Origin: Dictyostelium discoideum
Lineage: Eukaryota
NCBI GenBank assembly: GCA_000004695.1
Contig: CM000152.2
Span: 2,688,001-2,752,000 of the forward strand
DNA length: 64,000 nt
Direction: 5' to 3'
Shown: one piece after another, positions 24,721 to 38,510 of the stretch
How positions within the stretch are numbered: position 1 is the first letter of the stretch
Layout: every line of letters starts with the position of its first letter
Translations under genes and position numbers: made by a program
Notes under the pieces: model-generated
Told to the model about the DNA's origin: nothing
Database searches by the model: none
Seen by the model: only the letters and a program-made list of their open reading frames with translations

Positions 24721-25195
24721 AATAATAATAAAAATAATAATATAGGGTTTATTTTTATTGTGGTTTGAATTACAAGTCCACATATTCTTACCACTCCTAA
24801 CAGACGCACACATACACACTACACACACTCACATAACTCACACCACATTCCCACCACTACTAGCACACCCACAATAATAACAATATCACAATAATAAAAG
24901 TACTTAAAAATAAACAAATAATTGTTATTGTTTTTTTTTTGTTTTTTTTATTATTTTATATTTTATTTTTATTTTATTTTGTTTTTTTTGATATTAATTT
25001 AAAATTTATTAAATTATTATAAAATAAATACTAATATTATTAAATAAAATTAGAAAAAAAAAAAAAAAAAAACAACTCAACAGTATCAAGTTCAATCAAA
25101 CACACATATGATAATATAATTTTATTTTTTAATTTATTTTTTATTTTTTTTTAATTTGTTTTTTTTCAAAAATAAATAAATAAAAATAAAATACC

Positions 25196-27419
25196 ATGGT
25201 ATTAAGAGGTAGAGCAGGTTCAATGACACCTCAAGTCAATTTTAATAAATTAAGTGGTAGTGGTAATATTGAAGAAAGAAATAATAATCAATCATCATCA
25301 CAATCACAATCATCACCATCACCATCACAATCACCATCACTACAACAAAATCAATTAAATAGTAGTAATGGAATGAATAATAAAGTTAAAAATTTACTTG
25401 ATTTGGAAAATTATTATAAATCTATAAAAAAGAATATTACAGAGAATCAATTTGAATTTTCAATTAAAAAAAAAGAAAAAAATAGGACATTATTAGTTAA
25501 TTTAAAAGATAAAAGTTTGACAATTTTTAAATTATCAAAACGTGGGAATAAAAAAAATATAAAGAAATATTTAATTTCTGAAATTGAAAAAGTGAGTAAT
25601 TAATAGTTTATATATATTTATTTTTTTATTTTTTTTAATAATAATTAAACATATATTAACATATACGGTTTAATAATTTTTTTAAAAAAATTAGATTACA
25701 AAAGATAAAAAAGATAATAAAGAATTAATAGTTTTTAGAAGGAGTAAAAAAAAAGAAATGAAATTATATTTTTTAAATACAGAAAGAAGAGAATGTTTTT
25801 ATGAATTAATATGGATGACATGGAATAATAAAATTATGCCACCAACACCATTAAGTGGCGAAGAAGATGTTGAGGAAAAAGCTCAATATGAAAAGATTAG
25901 TATATTTATTTCAACCTGGAATATGGGTGATGCGCCACCACCAATTAATGAAGGTTTATTAAATAGTTGGATACCAAAATCAAAACCATATGATTTATAT
26001 GTTATTGGTGTTCAAGAATGTGAATATACTCCATTAAAATCAAAACATAAACAAACCCAATTAAATCAACCACAACAACAACCTCAACCACAACCCCAAC
26101 AGGCACAAGCACAACAACAACCACAACAACAAAATCAATCACAACAACAATATTCAGAATGTCAAGAAGATTGGTTTGGTACATTATCAGAACATTTAGG
26201 ACATGATTATTATAAAGTTGAAAGTACATCATTAGTTAAAATGAGAATTATTATATTTGCAAAGAAACAACATTATTATAAGATTAATTATATTGAGAAA
26301 GCATCAATTGGTACAGGTATTGGTAATATGTATGGTAATAAAGGTGGAACATGTATATCATTGTCATGGTGGGAAACATCATTTTGTTTTATGTCTTCAC
26401 ATTTTGCAGCACATCAAGAAAAGATTGAACAAAGAAATTCAAATTATAAAGATATCATCAAAGGCATTAAAATTGGTAATAAGGAATTGGACATTTTAAA
26501 TCAATATAATTATGTATTTTGGATGGGTGATTTAAACTATCGTATTGGTGGTGGCTTATTTAGAGAGGAGGTGCTAATGCATATAAAGAGTAAAAACATT
26601 AGAAAACTATTACAACACGATCAATTGAATCAACAAAGAAATCAAGAGAAAGTTTTCATAGGCTTTAAAGAAGAGCCAGTCGGATTCCTCCCAACTTATA
26701 AAACCCTCAGAGGAGTGGAGAATCAATACACCGAGGAGAAGCAACGTATACCCAGTTGGTGTGATCGTATTCTCCATAAGAAGCTACCCTACTCTCATGA
26801 TATCATTTGCTTGGAATACAACTCTGCCAATAGGATCACTACTAGTGATCATGTGCCAGTGTATGGGGTCTATGAATCGTACGTTAGAATGCCCTGTTCG
26901 CCCAATAGTAGCAGTTGCTCCAATGTTAAGAAACAAATTTGTCAAATCCTATTCAACGATTTACGTGCAGAGTGTTTGGATATGGTTGACAATGAGGAGA
27001 GGGCACCCGATGCCTATATCGTTTTCAATTCCTCTGCTTTCATAGCCACCGAAATCACTACCCCTCATGCCTACAAAAATAGAAATCCAATTTGGGGCGA
27101 TTTACCACCAATCACTCCAATCATTGAAAGACAAAACTTTTTAGAAACTCAACATCTCTTTCTTACATTTTATCACGATGATAAATCCATTGGTCATGCT
27201 GCAGTTCCTCTGGGTATTGGCTTTCAAAAGGAACCTTTTGCTTTTAAAACTAGAATCACTAGAAATGGTTTACCAGCTGGTACCCTATTTGGTTCAATTC
27301 ATATTGTTTATCAACAAATTTCTGATTCAAAATTAAAAATCTCTCCAAATCTATTAGGTAAATCAACTCCTGATACTTTTAAATTTTATCAACAATCATT
27401 ACCTTTACCAATACCACAA

Positions 27420-27491
<72 letters not shown>

Positions 27492-27591
27492 AGTGTTGGC
27501 GGTAGTGGCAGTAGTGCTAATAATTCAACTCCACCATTACCACCAAAAAATTATTTAAATAATAATAATAATTCAAATAATAACAATTCAA

Positions 27592-27624
<33 letters not shown>

Positions 27625-28121
27625 TTGGTTATACTAATAATGCCAATATTAATAATAATGGTTCTGCAGTATCTGAACCAAATTCAAATACTTCAACACC
27701 AATACTAACCCCAATTAAAAATTACCAACAACCTCAACCATCTCTACAATCTCAACAATTACCACCACAACCAACTACAACAACTACAACAACTACCACG
27801 ACTACAACTACAACAACGACCACTACTCAAACAATTAAACCATTACCAAATAATCAACCAGTTCAACTTAGAGAATATCTTTCTCGTGGTTTATCAACTG
27901 CAAGTATAGAGTTGGATGATTTGACAATGAATGATAATGCTATCATTCAATCGCAATCATCAATTTCAACTTCATCTGTAACAACAATTAACGATAATAA
28001 TAATAATAACAATAATACCAGTAATAATACCAGTAATAATAGTAATAATGCTGATGGTGTTGATGATAATATTCGTCCTCCATTAGAAAGACAATCTAGT
28101 CAATTAAGAAGAAGTGTATAA
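25196..28121 (+). CDS. Inositol polyphosphate 5-phosphatase with N-terminal PH-like region, 2 exons: join(25196..25591,25695..28121).
   Basis: FISTWNMGDAPPP, YDLYVIGVQE, WMGDLNYRI, PSWCDRILHK, SDHVPVYG (5-phosphatase catalytic motifs). GTGAGT...TTAG intron of 103 nt. Poly-N/T C-terminus. Confidence 0.85.
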
Positions 28122-28560
28122 TAATAATAATAATAATCAATAATAATGAATAATCAATAATAATGAATAATAAATAATTAAAAAGTAAAAATAAAATAAA
28201 CTGAACCAATACTTAAAAAAAACCATTATTCTCTCTCTCCTCTCATTTTTTTTTTTTTTTTTTATAAACTTTATCTTATTTAATAAAATAAAAAAGAAAT
28301 AATAATAAAAAATAGATTTGTTACTTTGGTATAACTTTTTTTTTTTTTTTGATTTTATTTTGTTTTATTTTGATTTTAATTTTATTTTTGATTCAAACCA
28401 AGTTTATCGCTAAATATTTAGGTTGATTAATTAATTTTTTTTTTTTTTCTTTTTTTTTCGTTATTATATACAGAAATAAAGAATAACTTGAATCCTTTTT
28501 TTTCTTGAAATTTTGTATTTATTTATATTTAATGTTTTTCAATATGATCCCATGGATAAT

Positions 28561-28600
28561 TTACACCCTAAAATTTTTAAAAATAATATTAATGAATAAC

Positions 28601-28661
<61 letters not shown>

Positions 28662-28884
28662 TAATAATAATAATTAGTAAATGAGCATGAACATGAAAAT
28701 GATCACTGTGTGTGTGTGTTGTGTGTTGAAAAATTGGGTAAATAATTATAGTACGCACAACGAAAGTTCTCCAATCTTGTTTTGCTCTGTAGAAAACCCA
28801 GAACCAAACAGTTGTACCTAAACCAACTGAAAGGAGTTTGTGTACTTTTGAAACGTGAAATGGTGCGTGATGACCTCCTGCCAT
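28561..28884 (-). CDS. Small hydrophobic ORF, NDUFB2 (AGGG subunit)-like. 3' end uncertain because the ORF runs into an ATT repeat.
   Basis: MAGGHHAPFHV...TVWFWVFYRAKQDW resembles AGGGVHIEP...MWFWILWRFWHD of complex I subunit B2. Confidence 0.35.
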
Positions 28885-29301
28885 TATTATTATTATATGT
28901 GAATATGTAAAATAAAAAAAAAAAAAAAAATTAAAAAAATTAAAAAAAAATCAAAATAATTTTTTTTATTTTTTTTTTATTTTTTTTTTTTTTTTGAAAA
29001 AAAAAATTAAAAAAATAATTATTATTTCTTATAACTTTTTATTTATATCATTAAAACTTTTATTTATTATTTGAATTCATAAGATTAAATAAATTTTCTA
29101 TTCTTTTTTTATTTTATATTTTTTTATATTAATTCCAAAAATAGATTAAGGTTTGAAATTATTTTTTTAAAAAAGCAAACAAAATAAAAAAATAAAGTTT
29201 TGCCAATTATCCAAAATGCAATTTACAAAAATTTAAAATCAATGTCATTTTAATAAATTAAAATTATAAAGTAAACAATCTTATTTGAACAATAATAAAC
29301 C

Positions 29302-29365
<64 letters not shown>

Positions 29366-29520
29366 CTTAAAACAGAACGATTACATTCATTTTTTTATAT
29401 TTTATACCATTTTGTGTATTTTTGAGTTCTCTATTTTTATATGTTATAAATTAATATTAAAAATAAATAATATTAAATCATTTTTTTAAAAATTTCAATC
29501 AAAAAGGGTTTTTAGGTATT

Positions 29521-29700
29521 TTGGATTTAATGTTCGCGAACCGCCAGAGATATGTTAGTTTGTGATATTTATCTTTTTGACAGATATCAGGATTTTTTTT
29601 TGCTTTGTGTCTCAATTATTCAATCGAGACACTCAACGGTTTTTTCGATGTTTTTACACACCTTCATATCTCTGGTGGTCGCTTACGATTAATCAATGAG
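29521..29700. other. Less AT-rich structured island. Candidate ncRNA or regulatory element.
   Basis: 10-nt palindrome gttcgcgaac. 11-bp inverted arms ccagagatatg/catatctctgg about 110 nt apart. Hairpins gtgtctc-12nt-gagacac and tgatat-15nt-atatca. T9 and T6 runs. Confidence 0.3.
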
Positions 29701-30241
29701 AACTTTTTGTTAGACGAAGAATGACAATTTCTTTTATGCATTTGTATCCAAAACCTATTTTACCTGTGATTAATTATATTTTAAAATTTAGTTTTGTAAC
29801 TTAATATTTTTAAAAAATAATCATTTAAGGGATTTTTTAAAAAAACAATGGTCTAAAATAAAAATAAAATTTTTTTTTTTTTTTTGAGAATTAAATTTTA
29901 AAAATTATTTCCATTATTTTTCTATATTTTTTTAACCCATTTTTTAATTCAATCCGATTATTTCCATAATATTTTATTAATATTTTTTTTTCCAAAAAAA
30001 CCTTTTTTAAACCTTTTGCATCTAAAATTTTTTTTTTTAGTTGATTCTACTCTTTTTTAAGACTTGAAAAAAAAAATGATATTTGAATTATAAGAGAAAT
30101 AATTACTTTACCTATTTTTTAAAATTTTTCTTTTTTATAATTTAATAAAAAAATAAAAAAAATTAAAATAAAAAAAAATAAAGAAAAGAAAATTTTAAGA
30201 TTTTATTATTTTTTATTTTTTAATTTTTAATTTTTAATTTT

Positions 30242-33164
30242 TTATTTTTTAATTTCATTAATTAACTTGGCGACCAAGGCAGTCCAACCAGTCTGGTGAG
30301 AAGCACCAAGACCAGCACCACTATCACCATGGAAATATTCATTGAACAATATATGATCTTTCCAATGTTTTTTTGCGAAAATTGGTTTACCACCAGCAAA
30401 TTTTCTAGTACCATCTTGATTCTCTTGGAAGATACTAATGAGACGTTTAGAGATATCATCGGCTACGATATCCAAAGTTACGAGGTTACCAGAGTTTGTT
30501 GGATATTCAATTTGGAATTCATCACCATAGTATTCATGATAGGTACGAAGTGATTGAATCATGAGATAATTTACGGCAAACCAAACTGGACCTCTCCAAT
30601 TACTATTTGAACCCATGATATGAACATCACTCTCGCCAGGTACATAACCAACACAAGCATCCATCTCAGCAAAAGTGAATGGATGATCCTTGTGATGTTT
30701 TGATAATGATCTAATACCATTTTCAGAGAGGAACCAATCTTCATCCAACATTTTCTTTAAGATTAATTCCAATTTCTCACGATTTACAATTGAGAGTAAA
30801 CGTGATTTATTTTGACCCAAAGCAGTGAATGGAGCAATGTTTTTCACTAAATTTGGTCTATACTTTACGAACCAATCCAAACGTTCTTTGAATTTTGGTA
30901 AAGCTTGAAGTGTATCATAATCCAAAATTTCAGCAGCAAACAATGGTATTAAACCAACGAATGAATAGACTTTGAGTTGATGTTGATGAGAACCTGGTGA
31001 AATGATTGAATCAAAGAAGAAACCATCCTCATTACTCCATAAACCAGTTTTTGAGGTGATACTCTTGGCAATGCTAATGAAATGTTCGAGGAATTTAGTG
31101 GCGATTGATTCATAAGAGTTTCTTTCACGTGCTAAAATCAAGGAGATTTTCAACATATTGGCACTATAGAATGCCATCCATGATGTACCATCGGCTTGTT
31201 GAAGTTTAGCACCATCTTTCAATGGTGTTGATCTATCGAATACACCAATATTATCAAGACCTAAGAAACCACCTTCAAAAATGTTATTACCTTTGATATC
31301 TTTTTTATTGACCCACCAAGTGAAATTTAATAAAAGTTTATGGAAAATTTGCTCCAAAAATTCGATATCTTTAACACCGGTTGTTTTCTCTATATGTTTA
31401 TAGACTTCCAAGGTTGCCCATGCATGTACTGGTGGATTTACATCACCAAAATCCCATTCATATGCGCAAAGTGCACCACTTGAATGAGAATACCATTCAC
31501 GAGTAATTAGAATCAATTGACGTTTTGTCCATTCAATATCTAATAACATCATTGGTATCATTTGAAAAGCTAAATCCCATGCAGCCAAGAATGGGAATTC
31601 CCATTTATCTGGCATTGAAATTACATCGTTTGCATAGAAATGATCCCAATGATTATTACGAGTAACTGGTTTCTCTCTTGGATGAGCTGGGTCACCTCTT
31701 GCCCACATATCAACACCAAAGTGATAATATTGTTTGGTCCATAGTAAACCTGCCAATGATTGTCTTTGAATACGTTTTAAATCTTCACTCATACCATCGA
31801 TACCACTTTGGTTGGCCTTGAAAACATTATCATAAAATTCATCGGCTTCTTGTTCTCTTTTAGTGAAAATTGAATCAAAGCTTGTAAATGCTTCTTGTTC
31901 TTGAAATTCTGTTGGTGAGAATCTAATCTTTACAGTATAAGATTCACCTGGACCCAATAATTTCTTACAATGAGCTGCAACTTTTGTACCACTTTTTTCA
32001 TTTACACAATCTTTCCAACCATTAACAACTGAATTATTAATACCATCTTTTACATATGGTGAACTATTTGGATAATTAAATAATCTTTGAGTATTTGTAT
32101 CGTTCTCTGTGAATAAATAATTAATATCTTCTTTTTTTCCTGTTGCTGCTGCTGCATCAGATGTTTCCACGATATAATATCTTTTACCAATATGAACTTC
32201 TTCACTAACCAATTGATTATGTGTATGACGATGAATATATGGACGACGATCTGAATAACCCCATGACCAAGTATTACGATACCAAAGATGTGGAAGTACA
32301 TGAATGGTTGCTTCTCTATCGGTTGAACGATTATGTACGGTAACTTTACATAAAATATCATCTTCTTGATCTCCTTTAGCATATTCAATGTAACAATCGA
32401 AATATTCATCCTTATCAAAGATACCAGTATCTTCAATTTCATACTCTGGATCTTGTTTACCACGTTGTGCATTGGTTGATACTAAATCACTATATGGATA
32501 TTCATTCATTGGATATTTATATAACATTTTGGCATAGGAATGTGTTGGTGTATTATCTAAATAGAAATAATGTTCTTTTACATCTTCACCATGATTTCCT
32601 TCTGGTCCACCAAGTCCAAAAAATCTCTCTTTAATAATTGGATCTTTTTCATTCCAAAATGCTAAACCTAAACAAATATTTTGAAATCTATTACAAAATC
32701 CACCAATACTATCCTCTGACCATCTATATGCACGTGATCTAGCATGATCTTAAAAAAAAAAATAAAATGAAAAAAAAAAAATTAAAAAAAAAAAAAATGA
32801 AAATAAAAATAATATTAATAATAAATTTTAAATATTAATTAATTATAAATCCGTGAAAAAAAAAAAAAAAATAATAATAATAAAAATAATAATAAAAATA
32901 AAAAAATTAAAATAATATTTACCGTGTGGAAAGTAGGTCCATGGTTCACCACCATAATCTTCACGAACAGTTGCCCATTGTCTATCACTTACATAGGTAC
33001 CCCTTTTTTTTTTTTATAAAAAAATAATAATAATAAATATAAATGTTTGTAAGTATAATTGAAAAAGTGAGAAAAAAAAAAAAAAAAATTAAAAAAAAAA
33101 AAACCTACCAATTCTTCCAATCAGAATTTCTTAATAATGAATCATCTAATCTTTTTTGTTCCAT
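30242..33164 (-). CDS. GH63-like (MGH1/mannosylglycerate-hydrolase-like) glycoside hydrolase, 3 exons: complement(join(30242..32749,32923..33002,33109..33164)). Apparent 1-nt frameshift near 32700.
   Basis: N-terminal [62 protein letters not shown], then [20 protein letters not shown]...[14 protein letters not shown]... plus a 761-aa ORF with (alpha/alpha)6-barrel GH motifs. Introns GTAGGT...AG and GTAAAT...AAG. Confidence 0.65.
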
Positions 33165-33590
33165 TATTATTGTGAGGAAAATGAAAATGAAAATAAAAAA
33201 TAAAAAAAAAAAAAAAAAAGTTGTTTATTTAAAAAAAAAAAAAAATAATAAAAAAATAAAAATAAAAAAAAAATTAATTAAAAAATAGGAGACTTGTACA
33301 AAATCTAAAAAAATTAGTTCAAAATTGTTTTCGAATAATCCCGAAAATCATTCGTACACTTCGAACCCGAAAGGCAATATTTTTTTTTATTAATTTGGAA
33401 TTAATTAATTAATTAATTATTAGCACCAGAACATCAAAACAATAAAAATAAATATTCCTGAATTTTAAAATTTTAAATAATAATAATAACAATTGTTATA
33501 ATATATGATAATTTTTTTTTTTTTTTTTTTTTTATTATTTTGATTATACAATTAATTATAATGATTATACAATTAATTATAATCAAAATA

Positions 33591-33629
<39 letters not shown>

Positions 33630-33716
33630 ATCATATATTATAACAATTATTGTCAAAAAAAAAAAATTATTAAATTAATTTAATATTTATTATTACTATT
33701 ACTATTATTATTATTA

Positions 33717-35125
33717 TTACAAAACTTTATCAGATGATGCAAATATTGCCCAAATAACAGCACCAGATAAATAGAAAGTAGCAGACATACTAAAGATTTG
33801 AGTCCAACTAGAATTAAATTTTTCAAGTAACACACCAGCAATTAATGGGCCGAGAATACCAGGAATTGTTGCAACGAAATTACCAATACCCATTGTAACA
33901 CCAGCATATCTTGGTGAAATATCTAAAGTAACCATTTGAGGACCAGCAGCAGCTAAACCATTTGAACAAACTACAATTACCATGAAAGCAATTTGAGTTT
34001 TATCTGAAAGTTTACAAAAAGCAATTAAAAATAAAAACACACCTGGAATTGCAGCTGAAAGTACACCTAAAACTTTACGAACAATTATTTTCTTTACACC
34101 TCTTGCCATCAATTTATCAGCTACGACACCCATAGCACTTGCAATCACTGCTGAAATAAAATATGGTAATGCATTAAAAAATGATAATTCAATACCAGTT
34201 TGAACACCAACACTTAACAACCAAGTTGGATACCACATTAAAAGTAAATAAAATCTAAAATAAAAATAAAAATATTAATATAATGAATATATTGGTTGGT
34301 TGGTTGTTTAACATGTATATATATTAATTATTATAATAAATTATTTACCCCCAAGATGTAACAAGATTAAAATATAATAAAGTAAGTAATGCTTTTGAAG
34401 ATAATAAAATTTTAACAACTTTGAAATAAGGTAATTCAATATCATTTTGTTTAACTAATTGTGATTCTTGTTCATCCATAGATGCACCATTTGATGCAAA
34501 GTAGTCACTTCTACTATCACCTGTAGCAACCTCTTGATTGATAGAACCATAACTTTGAGCTTTATTAATTAATGGTGATTTTTCAGATGGTTGTTTCTCT
34601 TCTGTTTCATTAATAAATGCCAATTCATTTGGATGAATACCAATAATTACATCTTTTGGATCATCTTTAATGAAAATTGCCCATAATAAAGTCCAACTCA
34701 ATGCAGTACCTGCAAATATATAAAATGCCTTCTCCCATCCTAAATACTCTAAAATTAATGGACTTATAAAATCAACTAAAATCGTACCAATATATGCTCC
34801 AGTCCCTAAAAAAATTAAAATTAAAAAGTTTTTTATTAATAAAAATAATAAAATAATTAAATAAAATACAAATAAAGAAATAAATATATTGAAATACATA
34901 CATGTTCTTGAAGCTAATGAAGATCTTTCAGAAATTGGATACCATCTACTCATTAACCAATTCATTGTTGGATAAGTAATACCTTGGGTGATACCAGTAA
35001 CTATTCTTACAAAAACTACTGCCACTTTACTTTGAGCTGCCAATGGTACAAATAATGATGAAATAATTGATAATGTTAATCCAAATAATAATGTCTTTTT
35101 GCCACCAATTTTATCGCATACTTTT

Positions 35126-35175
<50 letters not shown>

Positions 35176-35556
35176 AAAGATTATAAAATAAAAAAAAAAT
35201 AATGTTAATATTTTATTATTATTATTATTATTATTATTTTTTTTTTTTTTTTTTTTTCTTAAAAGAATTATGAAAACCATACATGGTTGTGCAAGTAATT
35301 GAGTTGAAAGATAACCCATGAAAAAAGATGACAATAATAATCCTTTAAATGAATTTGAATAGTTATATTCAGCTTGCATATCAATTACGGTGGTACTAAT
35401 TAAAACTCTTAAAATATAGGCCATACATAAACCGAGGAAACCTATCATCACAAGAAGATACCTTCTTGGAAAATAGTATTTAGGTGTTGGATACCTATTT
35501 AAACTAACAGCATGATTGGTCAAGCCATTCTCTTTACTATTTGTTTTATCAAACAT
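33717..35556 (-). CDS. MFS transporter of the SLC17 (sialin / anion-cation symporter) family, 4 exons: complement(join(33717..34254,34349..34805,34902..35120,35283..35556)).
   Basis: SSFFMGYLSTQ...CDKIGGKKTLLFG...VVFVRIVTGITQGITYPTMNWLMSRWYPISERSSLAS aligns with the sialin motif SFFWGYIVTQIPGG...KWAPPLERSRLAT. 12 TM-like segments. Confidence 0.7.
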
Positions 35557-35632
35557 TCAAATTTTTTAAAAAAAATAAATTAATTATTATTTTTATTAAT
35601 ATTAATATAAAATTTATGTTATAAATATATAT

Positions 35633-35663
<31 letters not shown>

Positions 35664-36356
35664 ATTTAAATATGTTTTTACTAAAAATTATTATTTATAA
35701 TTTATAATTATATTTTTATATATATGTGCGTATAAGGAAAATGAAAATATTTTTTTAGTGAAAAAAAAAAAAAAATAAAAAAAAAATAAAAAAACATCTT
35801 AGGTTGACATGTGGTATTGAGAAACATTGAGATGTTTTTTTGATAGGTGACCAGGCTCCACGAAATTTTTAAAATAAAAAATAAAAAAAAATAAAAAAAT
35901 AAAAAAATAAAAAATAAAATTGGGATTTCTTTAAAAAAATTATTTGAATAAAAACAAATCATGATCAGTTATTATTAACACACTAAAAATTAATTGGTAA
36001 TTACCTGTGTCCCATGACAATTTTAATGGCAGTACTGAATTGAATTAAAGATTTTTTTTTTTTTTTTATAGTTTTTTTTTTTTGGTTTTTTTTTTTTTTT
36101 TTTTTTTTTTCTAAAAAGTTTTTTTTTTTTTTTTTAAGCAACGAGTTTCGATTAGTAAATCTTAGTTGATGGTGGAATTAATTAATACAGTCAAATTACT
36201 TCTATTTTTTTTTTCAATTTATTTTGGATCAGTATAGAAAGAAGTATAAATGTATTTGATTTTTATTAGAATTTGTTAGAATTTATGGAATGTTTGTGAA
36301 TAATTTTGAAAAATATGAAGTGGGAAAGAATTTTCGCCTTTTTTTTTTGTTCTTTT

Positions 36357-36387
<31 letters not shown>

Positions 36388-37023
36388 CAACAAAAAGATT
36401 TTATTATTATTTTTTTTATTTTTTAATTTTATTTTTGTTTTTATTTTTTATTATTTATTTTTTTATTTTTAATTTTTTATTTTTTTTATATATATTTGAG
36501 CAAACAGAGTTAATATTTATTTATGAAATAAAAATGAGATAAAAAAAAAATAAAAAAAATAAATATACAAAGGAAATTTAAAACTAAAAGGAAAAAGAAA
36601 AATTTAACGAAAAAAAAAAAATCTTTACCAGGATTGTCAGTTTTTGAAATTTACACAACAAAAAACATTCACAATTAATTTTATTTTTTTTTTATTTTAT
36701 TTTTTTTAAGTTTATTTTTATCTGTCAAAATTTAGATATTTTAATTTCAAATTATTATCTTGTTATTGTTTACAAAAAAAAAAAAAAACAATTGTTTTGA
36801 TTTATTTTTATTTTTATTTTTATTTTTATTTTTATTTTTATTTTTTTTGGATTAATTAAATTTTGTTTTTTTAATAAAAAATAATAAATCTTATAAAATT
36901 TTTTTTTTTAATTTTTTTTTTAATCAAACTATACAAATACTAAGGATGTAAACTATAAAAAAAAATAAATATAAATATTATAAATTTAGATCTAATTATA
37001 GTAAAATCTTTGTAATGCTTTGA

Positions 37024-37066
<43 letters not shown>

Positions 37067-37097
37067 AAAAGAGAAAATAACTTTCTCCAACGAACAC

Positions 37098-37139
<42 letters not shown>

Positions 37140-37332
37140 TTTATTTTTTTTTTATTTTATTATTTTTTATTTTTTTTATTTTTTTTATTTTTTTTAATAT
37201 TAAATAATCCAATTAAAAACACCTCTCACACGTGCCAAAACACACCCTATTTATTTTTATTTTCAAACACTGTCGTAAACAAAAAAAATAAAAAACACCA
37301 ACACAAACACACCCAATTGTTGTAATAAAAAC

Positions 37333-37363
<31 letters not shown>

Positions 37364-37462
37364 CATTTTTATTTTTTAAAATAAACTAAATAAAATAGAT
37401 AAAAATAAAATAAAATAAAATAAAATAATAAAAAAATAAGAAAATAATTTTTTTTTTAAGCA

Positions 37463-38444
37463 ATGAACATCGGAGATGATAAAAGTGAAGTTGATGTAAT
37501 TATAGATTCATCATCAATAACTTTGAACAACAATGAAAGCTCAAATAACAATACAAATATTGGAGATGTTTTAAAATTTGAGAGTGGATTATATAATAGC
37601 TTCGAGTGTGAATTAATAAACCAAGTATTTAATTCAGTTCCAATAATGATGGGAGTGTGTGATTTATATGATAACTCAAATTCTGATTTCCAAATCCAAG
37701 ATTCTCAAAATTATGACTTTAAATTTGTAATCTCAAATAGATGTTAGTAGAATTAGTATATTTTTCAAATTTTAAAAAAAAAAAAATTAAAATAAATTAT
37801 TTATATTAACTATAGATATATATATAATAAATCAGGTTCATATGATAATTTACATATGTTTTTAGATAAAGGTAAAGGATTAGATGGACATTATTCAGCA
37901 AAAGAATTACATTTACCAGCATATTTTATAACATTATGGATTGAAAATATGTTAAGATCATTAAGAAAAAAGAAATCTGTTAAATTTATGTATCCTAGAT
38001 ATGTTGATAATGGTGAAACTCCATCATCTGATGATTTTTATTCACAAAAAATAGTTTGGAAAAAATCGACAATGTGTTTTATGGGTCAAGTTTTAGTTCC
38101 ACTTGATGATATTAATAGTAATAGTAATAATAATAGTAATCAAAAACAAACAGCATGTAGATTCTTTTTTACATCTGAAGAAGTTACAAAAGAGAAATTT
38201 AAAAAAGAGGAATTAATAAATGATTTTAAAAGTAGATTGGAAACATTGGAGAATAAAATTGATCAACGTGTTGATGAACGTATTGAAACTAGATTTAAAT
38301 ATGTATTGGAATCAATTCCTCAAATGGTTTGGGTAACTGATAATCATGGTAAAATTGAATTTGTAAATAGACAATGGAAAGATTATTTAGGTATTGATCA
38401 TTCTGGTCAATATTTAAATTGGGGTAGTATTTCTTACCAACAAC

Positions 38445-38510
<66 letters not shown>

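Noticed and set aside
24830-24900. CA-rich block (acacactacacacactcacataactcacaccacattcccaccac...) as a candidate ncRNA.
   Set aside because: No structure or downstream non-AT-rich transcript body. It is more likely a C-rich promoter element between the divergent VPS9 and 5-phosphatase genes, though it contains a DUSE-like ACCCACAA.
37747-37856. Treating the histidine kinase as starting at M37856.
   Set aside because: A GTTAGT...ATCAG intron (37743-37835) joins the upstream 94-codon exon (37463-37742) in frame (…VISNR-C-SYDNLHMFLDKGKG).
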